In this document: positions 1-12,190 of the stretch, piece by piece
Position numbering within the stretch: position 1 is the stretch's first letter
How the letters are laid out: each line of letters opens with the position of its first letter
Assembly (NCBI GenBank): GCA_002269645.1
Contig: NIVC01000200.1
Span: forward strand, 434,001 to 498,000
DNA length: 64,000 nucleotides
Direction of reading: 5' to 3'
From: Macrostomum lignano
Taxonomy: Eukaryota
Program-made: the position numbers and the translations under genes
Notes under the pieces: model-generated
Databases searched by the model: none
What the model was told of the DNA's origin: nothing
The model's input: the letters and a program-made list of their open reading frames with translations, nothing else

Positions 1-2742
1 AGATTATTGTGTTAAGAAGCATGGGATTAGCAAGTTGAGAAGCATGGGATTAGCAAGTTGAGAAGCATGGGATTAGCAAGTTGAGAAGCATGGGATTATT
101 GTGTTGAGAAGCATGGGATTAGCAAGTTGAGAAGCATGGGATTAGCAAGTTGAGAAGCATGAGATTATTGTGTTGAGAAGCATGGGATTAGCAAGTTGAG
201 AAGCATGGGATTAGCAAGTTGAGAAGCATGGGATTAGCAAGTTGGGAAGCATGGGATTAGCAAGTTGAGAAGCATGGGATTAGCAAGTTGAGAAGCATGG
301 GATTAGCAAGTTGAGAAGCATGGGATTAGCAAGTTGAGAAGCATGAGATTATTGTGTTGAGAAGCATGGGATTAGCAAGTTGAGAAGCATGGGATTAGCA
401 AGTTGAGAAGCATGGGATTAGCAAGTTGAGAAGCATGGGATTAGCAAGTTGAGAAGCATGGGATTATTGTGTTGAGAAGCATGGGATTAGCAAGTTGAGA
501 AGCATGGGATTAGCAAGTTGAGAAGCATGAGATTATTGTGTTGAGAAGCATGGGATTAGCAAATTGAGAAGCATGGGATTAGCAAGTTGAGAAGCATGGG
601 ATTATTGTGTTGAGAAGCATGGGATTAGCAAGTTGAGAAGCATGGGATTAGCAAGTTGAGAAGCATGGGATTAGCAAGTTGAGAAGCATGGGATTAGCAA
701 GTTGAGAAGCATGGGATTAGCAAGTAGAGAAGCATGGGATTAGCAAGTTAAGAAGCATGGGATTAGCAAGTTGAGAAGCATGGGATTAGCAAGTTGAGAA
801 GCATGGGATTAGCAAGTTGAGAAGCATGGGATTAGCAAGTTGAGAAGCATGGGATTAGCAAGTTGGGAAGCATGGGATTAGCAAGTTGAGAAGCATGGGA
901 TTAGCAAGTTGAGAAGCATTGGATTAGCAAGTTGAGAAGCATGGGATTAGCAAGTTGGGAAGCATGGGATTAGCAAGTTGAGAAGCATGGGATTAGCAAG
1001 TTAAGAAGCATGGGATAAGCAAGTTGAGAAGCATGGGATTAGCAAGTTGAGAAGCATGGGATTAGCAAGTAGAGAAGCATGGGATTAGCAAGTTGGGAAG
1101 CATGGGATTAGCAAGTTGAGAAGCATGGGATTAGCAAGTTGAGAAGCATGGGATTAGCAAGTTGAGAAGCATGGGATTAGCAAGTTGAGAAGCATGGGAT
1201 TAGCAAGTTGAGAAGCATGGGATTAGCAAGTTGAGAAGCATGGGATTAGCAAGTTGAGAAGCATGGGATTAGCAAGTTGAGAAGCATGAGATTATTGTGT
1301 TAAGAAGCATGGGATTAGCAAGTTGAGAAGCATGGGATTATTGTGTTGAGAAGCATGGGATTATTGTGTTGAGAAGCATGGGATTAGCAAGTTGAGAAGC
1401 ATGGGATTATTGTGTTGAGAAGCATGGGATTAGCAAGTTGAGAAGCATGGGATTAGCAAGTTGAGAAGCATGAGATTATTGTGTTGAGAAGCATGGGATT
1501 AGCAAGTTGAGAAGCATGGGATTAGCAAGTTGAGAAGCATAGGATTAGCAAGTTGGGAAGCATGGGATTAGCAAGTAGAGAAGCATGGGATTAGCAAGTT
1601 GAGAAGCATGGGATTAGCAAGTTAAGAAGCATGGGATTAGCAAGTTGAGAAGCATGGGATTAGCAAGTTGAGAAGCATGGGATTATTGTGTTGAGAAGCA
1701 TGGGATTAGCAAGTTGAGAAGCATGGGATTAGCAAGTTGAGAAGCATGGGATTAGCAAGTTGAGAAGCATGAGATTATTGTGTTGAGAAGCATGGGATTA
1801 GCAAGTTGAGAAGCATGGGATTAGCAAGTTGAGAAGCATGGGATTATTGTGTTGAGAAGCATGGGATTAGCAAGTTGAGAAGCATGGGATTAGCAAGTTG
1901 AGAAGCATGGGATTAGCAAGTTGAGAAGCATGGGATTATTGTGTTGAGAAGCATGGGATTAGCAAGTTGAGAAGCATGGGATTAGCAAGTTGAGAAGCAT
2001 TGGATTAGCAAGTTGAGAAGCATGGGATTAGCAAGTTGAGAAGCATGGGATTATTGTGTTGAGAAGCATGGGATTAGCAAGTTGAGAAGCATGGGATTAG
2101 CAAGTTGAGAAGCATTGGATTAGCAAGTTGAGAAGCATGGGATTAGCAAGTTGAAAAGCATGGGATTAGCAAGTTGAGAAGCATGGGATTAGCAAGTTGG
2201 GAAGCATGGGATTAGCAAGTTGAGAAGCATGGGATTAGCAAGTTAAGAAGCATGGGATAAGCAAGTTGAGAAGCATGGGATTAGCAAGTTGAGAAGCATG
2301 GGATTAGCAAGTTGAGAAGCATGGGATTAGCAAGTTGGGAAGCATGGGATTAGCAAGTTGAGAAGCATGGGATTAGCAAGTTAAGAAGCATGGGATTAGC
2401 AAGTTGAGAAGCATGGGATTAGCAAGTTGAGAAGCATGGGATTAGCAAGTTGAGAAGCATGGGATTAGCAAGTTGAGAAGCATGGGATTAGCAAGTTGAG
2501 AAGCATGGGATTAGCAAGTTGAGAAGCATGGGATTAGCAAGTTGAGAAGCATGGGATTAGCAAGTTGAGAAGCATGGGATTAGCAAGTTGAGAAGCATGG
2601 GATTAGCAAGTTGAGAAGCATGGGATTAGCAAGTAGAGAAGCATGGGATTAGCAAGTTGAGAAGCATGGGATTAGCAAGTTGAGAAGCATGGGATTAGCA
2701 AGTTGAGAAGCATGGGATTAGCAAGTTGAGAAGCATGAGATT
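1..2742. repeat. 23-bp minisatellite (GGGATTAGCAAGTTGAGAAGCAT)n with variant unit GGGATTATTGTGTTGAGAAGCAT
   Basis: Direct tandem repetition from the window start to about 2742; the array probably continues to the left. Confidence 0.97.
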
Positions 2743-3050
2743 AGTGCCAGTACGCAAACAAGGGTAGGCATAAGTTGAGCCCGTAACTCTCTCTACCCTG
2801 ATCAATTTCGCACAGGTGCGGACAGCGTATCTAGCTAGAGTGTTAGATATCTATCGTTATAGTTTAAATTGGCTACCATAGCAACGGTGAATTAGCAATG
2901 AATGCTCGCTGTCTCTGGGGTACGGGGGTAGCTAGAGAGTAAGTACACTGTTTAAGCGCATTTTTGGCTGTTTGTGTCAGCCCTCTGTCAGTCTAAGAAG
3001 ACACAGGCTCACCACAGCAATTAATTTTGCACACTTTTTTTGATAACTGC

Positions 3051-3052
<2 letters not shown>

Positions 3053-3108
<56 letters not shown>
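3053..3108. repeat. (GA)n microsatellite
   Basis: Pure GA run. Confidence 0.95.
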
Positions 3109-3109
<1 letters not shown>

Positions 3110-3389
3110 GCACTCAGGATCGGGAATGTACAGCTGTTTTTTGTGAGTGTGGGTGGGGAGGTTTCAGACAGACAAAAATAGCCCTGAAAAAAAGAGATAT
3201 ACGAGTATAAGAGCTACAGAGAAGAAAGATCTCAAATGCCATAGTGCATGCAGTTTTATCTGTGAGACTGCTTCATCAAGCAATAACAAGTTTATCTTAT
3301 CCATAGAGTTGGAACACGCATTTCTAGATATTAATGTTGCTTTAAAATATTTAATTTTAACTAACTGATTTTTAAAAAAACGCCTTTCA

Positions 3390-6300
3390 ATGTACAGCGA
3401 ATATAAAAGGCGGTTAGCAGAAGAGGATCAATTCAGATCTGGCCTCTCTGACAGACACATGCAACAGAAGCAGCAAAAGCAGAAGACTGAGAAGAATTTG
3501 AGAAGACAGTCTCAACCAGTATTGTTGCATCAAATTCCTAGCCAAGGTCGCAAATTAGTGCTGCATTTTGATGCCAGGAATACCATCTTTGTGGCCGACT
3601 TGTTCTCAAGGATTACTGTGGAGATGGCGCTCAACACCTATATATCCGGAGTGGTGTGGGGTGAGCATAGCTCTGCGTAAAGCAGCTGGAAATTTTATGG
3701 ACAATTATATGGAACAGTATATTAAGCTATATTGGTCAAGCAAATAAGGATGGGTCAAGTAGCTAAGGATGGGTCAAGTAGCCAAGGATGGGTCAGGTAG
3801 CTAAGGATGGGTCAAGTAGCTAAGGATGGGTCAAGTAGCTAAGGATTAGGTCAAGTAGCTAAGGATGGGTCAAGTAGCTAAGGATGGGTCAAGTAGCCAA
3901 GGATGGGTCAAGTAGCTAAGGATTAGGTCAAGTAGCTAAGGATTAGGTCAAGTAGCTAAGGATGGGTCAAGTAGCTAAGGATGGGTCAAGTAGCTAAGGA
4001 TTAGGTCAAGTAGCTAAGGATTAGGTCAAGTAGCTAAGGATGGATCAAGTAACTAAAGATTAGGTCAAGTAACTAAGGATTCGGTCAAGTAGCTAAGGAT
4101 GGGTCAAGTAGCTAAGGATGGGTCAAGTAGCTAAGGATGGGTCAAGTAGCTAAGGATTAGGTCAAGTAGCTAAGGATGGGTCAAGTAGCTAAGGATGGGT
4201 CAAGTAGCCAAGGATGGGTCAAGTAGCTAAGGATTAGGTCAAGTAGCTAAGGATTAGGTCAAGTAGCTAAGGATGGGTCAAGTAGCTAAGGATGGGTCAA
4301 GTAGCTAAGGATTAGGTCAAGTAGCTAAGGATTAGGTCAAGTAGCTAAGGATGGGTCAAGTAACTAAAGATTAGGTCAAGTAACTAAGGATTCGGTCAAG
4401 TAGCTAAGTGTGGGTCAAGTAGCTAAGGATGGGTCAAGTAGCTAAGGATGGGTCAAGTAGCTAAGGATGGGTCAAGTAGCTAAGGATAGGATAAGTAGCT
4501 AAGGATGGGTCAAGTAGCTAAGGATTAGGTCAAGTAGCTAAGGATGGGTCAAGTAACTAAAGATTAGGTCAAGTAGCTAAGGATTCGGTCCAGTAACTAA
4601 GGATTAGGTCAAGTAGCTAAGGATGGGTCAAGTAGCCAAGGATGGATCAAGTAACTAAGGATGGGTCAAGTAGCTAAGTGTGGGTCAAGTAGCTAAGGAT
4701 TAGGTCAAGTAGCTAAGGATGGGTCAAGTAGCTAAGGATTAGGTCAAGTAGCTAAGAATGGATCAATTAGCTAAGGATTAGGTCAAGTAGCTAAGGATTA
4801 GGTCAAGTAGCTAAGGATTAGGTCAAGTAACTAAAGATTAGGTCAAGTAACTAGGATTCGGTCAAGTAACTAAGGATTAGGTCAAGTAGCTAAGGATGGG
4901 TCAAGTAGCTAAGGATTAGGTCAAGTAGCTAAGGATTAGGTCAAGTAACTAGGATTAGGTCAAGTAGCTAAGGATGGGTCAAGTAGCCAAGGATGGATCA
5001 AGTAACTAAGGATGGGTCAAGTAGCTAAGTGTGGGTCAAGTACCTAAGGATTAGGTCAAGTAGCTAAGGATGGGTCAAGTAGCTAAGGATTAGGTCAAGT
5101 AGCTAAGGATGGATCAATTAGCTAAGGATTAGGTCAAGTAGCTAAGGATTAGGTCAAGTAGCTAAGGATTAGGTCAAGTAACTAAAGATTAGGTCAAGTA
5201 ACTAGGATTCGGTCAAGTAACTAAGGATTAGGTCAAGTAGCTAAGGATGGGTCAAGTAGCCAAGGATGGATCAAGTAGCTAAGGATGGGTCAAGTAGCTA
5301 AGGATGGGTCAAGTAGCTAATGATGGGTCAAGTAGCTAAGGATGGGTCAAGTAGCCAAGGATGGGTCAAGTAGCTAAGGATGGGTCAAGTAGCTAAGGAT
5401 GGGTCAAGTAGCCAAGGATGGGTCAAGTAGCTAAGGATTTGGTCAAGTAGCTAAGGATTAGGTCAAGTAGCTAAGGATTAGGTCAAGTAGCTAAGGATGG
5501 GTCAAGTAGCTAAGGATGGGTCAAGTAGCTAAGGATTAGGTCAAGTAGCTAAGGATGGGTCAAGTAGCTAAGGATTAGGTCAAGTAGCTAAGGATGGGTC
5601 AAGTAGCTAAGGATTAGGTCAAGTAACTAAGGATTCGGTCAAGTAACTAAGGATTAGGTCAAGTAGCTAAGGATGGGTCAAGTAGCCAAGGATGGATCAA
5701 GTAACTAAGGATGGGTCAAGTAGCTAAGTGTGGGTCAAGTAGCTAAGGATTAGGTCAAGTAGCTAAGGATTGGTCAAGTAGCTAAGGATGGGTCAAGTAG
5801 CTAAGGATGGGTCAAGTAGCTAAGGATGGGACAAGTAGCTAAGGATTAGGTCAAGTAGCTAAGGATGGGTCAAGTAGCTAAGTGTGGGTCAAGTAGCTAA
5901 GGATTAGGTCAAGTAGCTAAGGATTGGTCAAGTAGCTAAGGATGGGTCAATTAGCTAAGGATGGGTCAGGAAATACTGGACAGGATCGACTGGTCAAATG
6001 ATAACAAAATATGGATTACGGGAACTATGCAAACTTTCGAAGAGGATTAACAAGGGGCCCATTAAGAGCGCTCATTGGTGTAAATTGCAGAAGAAATTTT
6101 GCCGCACAAATTAGGTAGGTCACTTCACTTTAATGTACTTTTCCGTTCTCGTACAGGAGTTTCCGAAAACGACAGCCACTGGAGATGCATCAGCGAGACG
6201 ATCTCCATCCACCCGCCGCAGCCGGGAGTGACATCGCTCTATAAACTATTCGAGAAGGACATTGTCCGGGTGCCCGAGGACCGGCAGTTGCTGCGCGAGA

Positions 6301-7064
6301 CGCTCGGCAACTTTACCGAGCAACCGCACGGACGAAAATTTCGCCCAATTTTCGAAGCTAATCTGGCTAAGCTTCGCTGGCCGTATAAAAAGATTGACGA
6401 CCGACTAACCGTGACTGGACGCGACGGGTCTGCCTATCACTACCTGCTGCCGTCGTTCCTCAATCTGGTGCACGCTCTGGACGCATCGGGCAGAGAATTC
6501 TGCGTAGTTGTTCGCACGTTCGGCAGAGACGCGCCGCACATACTGAACGCTCTGGACCTGCTGCGCCAGGGTCTGCATCCCGGATACGATAAGCAACTAT
6601 CGGCTCGCATCAATCTTAAACCGGAATCGTTCGATCGAATTGGTCGAGACGAATTCAAATACTTCAAAAGCGACGGCAGCGTACTGCGGAGCGAACGGGC
6701 CGTGTACGAGCACTGGAACAGCTGCACAGGAATAATGGCTGTTGTTGACGACTTTAAGTACTGGCAGGCCAACCAGTATCACTACACGGCGGCAAAGTTT
6801 CTCTGGTACGATCCAAACGATAGCGACCATCAGCACGTCATGTTCGACGATAATATCCGTTTACACGACGAGGATAACATCATCAACGTGAAGGTGTTCG
6901 ACGGTCCGAACTGGGAAGCTGCCAGAGACTGTAGACCCGATGAGACGGCCAAACTAGAAGACTCGCTGTTCGTCCCGGCCAATCTGATTGACAGCATCGG
7001 AGATCCCAACTATTTTATAGACAGGGTGTCGCAATGCGAAGCGAATTATTCGCAACTGCTGTGA
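3390..7064 (+). CDS. Uncharacterised HAD-superfamily-like hydrolase, ~392 aa, 2 exons (3390-3660, 6157-7064)
   Basis: Donor TGG G|GTGAG at 3660/3661 and acceptor GTACAG|GA at 6156/6157 are both phase 1 and join the two ORFs. HAD-like motifs: motif I-like LVLHFDARNT, motif II-like VVVRTFG, motif IV-like VMFDDN. Confidence 0.8.
3749..5970. repeat. Intronic 19/20-bp minisatellite (AAGTAGCTAAGGATGGGTC / AAGTAGCTAAGGATTAGGTC)n
   Basis: Tandem array filling most of intron 3661-6156. Confidence 0.97.
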
Positions 7065-10000
7065 GACTGCATGTAACCATGAGCGCATCGTTTGGCCCAG
7101 TGTGGATGGTCAGGGACGCGAAGTCTATGTTTTCAGAAATTAGGACAAAAATATCATCATATACGGACTCACTGGATGCACTTTTTGTCCTTCAGAATCC
7201 TCACGTACTGTCCTCAATGTGTCAGCATTGTCCTCCAAACCTCTCCAGAATCAGTAGTCTCTCAGCAACCTTTGTCAGGGCTGTCCTTCATCTGTTCCAG
7301 AGCAACTTGGTAAGCCCAGTCTCAGTTCGGGTAACGTCTAAACTGAATCAAATCACGCAGCTACCTGAGAACCAATGCGATAATGTTAAATTTATTAGAA
7401 CTACTTTTGAAGCCTAATTTTTTTGATTTGTTATAACATTACTTCTGTCGCTTGCAAATGAAATGGCATTTATGTAGAATGCTGCATAGAACTCTGCTTA
7501 GTACGAGCTAAAGAAGAGCCTAAAAACCATTTTTGAAAAAGATTTTGTAAAGTAGCGATAATTTGACAGATTATCTCTTGCATTATCTGTTTTACTAATT
7601 TTCTTGCTTAAATACTTTCCGCGAATTTCAGCAATTTCTTGATGACTTTTTTATCTTGCTCACTTACGTATCATTCCAAAGCAAAATTTACGAACTATTT
7701 AACCCTGAGTCCTGCCACACGGGTTGGTAATGAAAGTTAACACCCGATAAAGCTGTATTCCGCGGGTAGTGAAGGGGAGAAAGGAAAATCAATGTACACT
7801 GGAAATGTACATTCAACTTTCTTTCTGACCACAGCCAGCCAATCAGAAACTTAGCCGTTTCCCAGCTAGGTTTTTTGATGTTCTATCCCGTTCATTTGTA
7901 ATCAATAGTTAGAAACAGACAAAGATGTTCTAAAGATTTTCTAACGGTTACGAGAGGGTCTTCGCGACGCGTTTCCAGAACCAGAATTATCTAAGAATAA
8001 GAAGCGGTGTAAATATACTTCCGTACTGCAACTGTGTTCTTAACATAACACAGGATGTTTAGAAATTTTAGCTACCTTCAAGAAAATCGCAATTCGTAAA
8101 AAAAAGAAACTTTACCTCCAAACTACCTGATTTAGAAGCTAGATAGTTATACTCGTACTTGGCAACCCTAGTTCTTGGTTCTGGAATCAGAATGTTATTT
8201 TTTGAATGCAAGAAGCAGAGAACTGCTTCGTCTATTTGTTTACTTTTTTATAGTTGAACTTCTAAACCATATTCTGCACTTTATTGTTGTTTAGAACTGA
8301 CTTTTTCGCAGAAATATTTACTGATATTTGTTATTATACTGCAGGATTATTTTCGACGGACAAGTGCACATATATAATTTGACAGACCAAATATACACAC
8401 TACTGCGATAGCTACATATCGGTATGACTGTGATAAATTATTTTAGCAATTTAATTAAACTGATTTATAGGTCCTACATGTATTTTAAATGCTTTATTCA
8501 TTTGCTTATCAAAAATGGCTCAATGAATAATTCTAAAATTCTAGAATTTTTATTGGCTTGGTTATTGCAACAACAAAGTAATTTTAATTAAAAATTGGTC
8601 ATTAAGTAATTATTACAGATAATGATTGAATCACTACAAGTCCATATAATCAACATGCTCATGGCAAGGACCACTACAAGTTTAAGGACCACAAGGCGTT
8701 CCAGTTGCTTTCTATTGGACAATTTATTTGAAGGCCTATTTTCGCTGGTCCCAACTTAATATTATCAATCGATAAAAATCAGCATTTTTAAGCCGAGCAG
8801 TTGCAGTTAATGAACATTCCGACGAACGACGAAGAACCATGCAGACATCGATGGATTGATGTCGTCGCTGGTAAATTCATGGGGTACGTGTTACGCCGAC
8901 GCATGATATGATAATATGAGCTGCATGAGGAACACCTGTGCAAACCCCTGTGCTCTGGCGAGGCCTCACCCCCTAAACTCTGTCCGCCTCTGGATAGTGC
9001 GGTCGCTGACGTTGCGGCCAAGATCCAATTATCTAGACAACGGCCAGGTTAGTTGGAAGGTGCCTCCACCAGTCACCTGTGCAGGAGTACACCATGGGTA
9101 AAAGCTCCGGGATAGCGACGTTTGCCAGCGGGATGTTTGCCAGCCGGACATGTCTTTTAATGTCTTTCCTGCTAGATGGGTTCGATGCGGCAGCCGGCAG
9201 GGGATGGGGAAGTACAGAACCCAGAGCTCTCTTGTGGTGCACATCTTACGGGGACCTACATGTACTTAGAAATATTGTTACTGCTATGATTATTTGGATT
9301 TATTCGGCTTATTCTTGTCATGAATGTGTTATTATGACTGTGTGTACTTTGCGACTTTGCTACGCCGGGCCAATCGGCCGTCCTCTCCCCCTCCTTATAT
9401 ATTTTCTGACTCACCCACCTGCACTTCTGCGCGTGCGTACCCCCCTCCCTGCCTAGGCCTTTTCCGTTTAGTCAAACCCCCCCTTGCTCTGTGTGCGCCC
9501 CGTGCGACCCCGCCCCATTCTTTTGTTAGCTTTGCTGCCCCGCCCCTGTTTGTGATTGGCTTGCCAGTCCCAGTCTGCCGTGCTGCGCCCCGGCGATTGG
9601 CTGGTACGGCTCATGTTTTTCCTATGCTGATGTCTAAGCCCCCTTTTCTGCCTTTATCCCGCGCCCTCAGCCCCCAGTTTGCTGCCTATTTATTCGGACC
9701 CCCTTGAGACCCCATTCTCGTCGTCTTCGTGGCTCCCCGGTGATTGTGCCAGCGTTAATTGCGATACAAATACAATTAAAAGAATATTGATCAATACTAC
9801 GAGTACCACTGCTCTGACGGCGCTGTGTCTTGTTGTACGACCGAAATCGCGGCTGGTAAGCCTTCCAATTTGCAAGTCATTTGGGTCTGCCTCTGTACTA
9901 GGCACCTTAGGGGGATTAAGTGCGTCGTACGCCGGTCCCACCCCAAGCAGCTCTGCGTCGTACGCTCGAGCAGCCTAGTCCCGACGGACACCGCGTCGTA

Positions 10001-11059
10001 CGCGTGTCAGTGGAGGACCGCAGCCAGGGTCAGTACGCGAACCCGGGTCTGGGAAAGGGGCACGAAAGGACCGAGCCCTTGAGCCCCATCACCACATTCT
10101 CGATGATTTGAATTCTGATCCTCAGCTTCTACATGTATATTCCATGTCCTGAGACAGGCGCATTCTCTACTCACACTTCATGCCACGACTCATGGCAAGT
10201 AAAAAAGTAGGCAGAAGCAAACAAAATATTGAATCGCTTATGCCTTATAGCCTTGGCTCTAATATACCCTTTTGCGATCTAGTTTGCCAAAACTGCAATA
10301 AATTTTGCCCGCGGAAAAATATCACTTATAATTTTGCTGTCTATGCCAAGTCTGCTCAGTCATGACCAGAGTTTCAGCCACAGACAACTCATTGAAAACT
10401 GCAATCAATTTTGCCAAAACTTGAGTAAAACAAGAATATAGATCCTGAGGAGGTTGAAGAAGAAGCATACGAAACCGCTCAGTGTCCAAAACGGACCCAG
10501 CTATTTATAGCCCTGAGAATCACTCTTCACGTGATCACATAAGCGTGATGCGTGGTATTGAATAAAGGCCGCGACTTGTCCTTGACATCCGTTACCAAGC
10601 AACCCTGTCCCTGATGACGTCACCCGCGAGCCGCGCTGCAATTGGACGAGAAATTGGTGTGGGTCGCAGCGGAGAAAATGATTTATGACAATGGATTTAT
10701 ACGTAACAGGCGGGCAAAAGCATGTAGAGATAGGGGGTCTTCAAACTGTCACACGCATGTTTTGAACAATTGAAATGAGGGGCTGGTGCGCGGGGGAGTG
10801 GGGTGGGCGACAAGCATGAGTCATCGGGATGACTCCTAAAGAGTCATCACTTGGGCTGCTGGAGAAGAGGAACATGAAGGGAGGTTGCACAAAAAATAGT
10901 GGAAAGGCCCAGGACTTGCCTACATCAAATGCGTACTTTATGACGTTTTGCGAGACAGATTAAGATCGAAATTGTATGTAACTACTTTTTTATATAGGAT
11001 TCTAAGTACATGTACAGGTAATTTTTTCCGAGATGTTAAGCAGGGGTCCATCCAAAGTA

Positions 11060-12190
11060 CGAGCACTACTTCCGATCTCCGGGTGACTGAGTTCATCCTC
11101 TCACGCATACCTGTGGGCACGCTCAAGAAGGTAAATAGTAACATGGTCCAAGTTTCTATATCTTAGATGTCGGAGTGGACGAGTCCGACTGGACTTCGGT
11201 CTCAAGGTCTTCAAGGACATTGAGGAGTGGAACAAAAGCGATTGGGACTTCGTCTTGCAAAACTTCATGATGGAGCTCAGGAAGAGTAACGGTGATATGT
11301 ATCCGCCAGCGACCATTAAGGGTTTCATCCAAGGTATTCAGTTTAAACTGCAGAACTTCACGAACAAGAACTGGTCGATCCTCACAGATGCCGACTTCAT
11401 CCGGACTCGCCAGTGTATCGACGCAGCGATGAAGCTCTCGGCGAAGGAGGGCTTCCACGTTGCCCCAAAACGTGCGCGCACCATCGGCCTTGGATGAAGA
11501 TCTAGAGGAGCAGCTTTGAAAGGACGGCGGTTCGGCATGTCGAATCCGCAGCAACTCGTGGAGAACCTGCTATACCACCTGGGCCTGCACCTGTCGCTGA
11601 GTGCGTGCGGTGAGCATCGTGCTTTGGTGTACGGCGAGCGTTCACAACTGCACGGCTCCTCTCCGACGGTAACGGGGAGTTTCTTGAGCGGATGTCTAAA
11701 AATGCCCAAGTTGGTGTACGAAAGGCGCATCGAGCCGAAGACGACACGAATCTATCCGCATGCCGACAATAGCGCTGCGTCGTAGAGATGTACAAGGCGT
11801 ACATTTGGCATCGACTGGAGAGTCACGGCGGCAGAGGTCATGAGGCTTTCTACCTAACGCCCCCAAGACCACAACTTCAGACATTTGGTACCGGTGCAGT
11901 CCAATGGGGGTGCATACCATCGATAATGTAGTTAACAAGTTGCTGGGTCCCACGGTGGTTCCTACGGTGCGCGTTACCAACAGCAGCCTGGCGGATCGGA
12001 GGACATGCAAAGACTCGCTGTTGCCTGGCGGCGCGTGAGCAAGGATTTTGGCCAGCATGAAAACCGGTCGCATCATGCAGTGACAAGGCCGACCGCGCCT
12101 ACATGGATGTGAAAAACAACGAGCAGCTGATGTCGAGCGTGCTGTATGGCGCAGTGGCTATGGCGGAGGCCGAGACTGCTGGCGACCGCT
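11060..12190 (+). pseudogene. Degenerate Crypton-type tyrosine recombinase (DUF3504 / ZMYM-QRICH1-like domain), frameshifted
   Basis: Fragments across frames: RIPVGTLKK, FMMELRKSNGDMYPPATIKGFIQGIQ, IDAAMKLSAKEG, LLYHLGLHLSL..GEHRAL, EMYKAY, FYLTP, WYRCSPMGVHTI, VTNSSL, RAY. These follow the order of DUF3504-type recombinase motifs; several stops and frameshifts interrupt them. Confidence 0.8.

Noticed and set aside
7034-7417. 127-aa ORF overlapping the HAD-like gene stop
   Set aside because: No recognisable motifs; probably 3' UTR.
7699-7720. TTAACCCT resembling a piggyBac terminus
   Set aside because: No matching AGGGTTAA end or transposase nearby.
10600-10660. CTGATGA followed by CGTC..GACG, resembling a hammerhead ribozyme core
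   Set aside because: GAAA does not follow stem II directly and I found no stems I/III or cleavage triplet; TGACGTCA is more simply a CRE-like palindrome.
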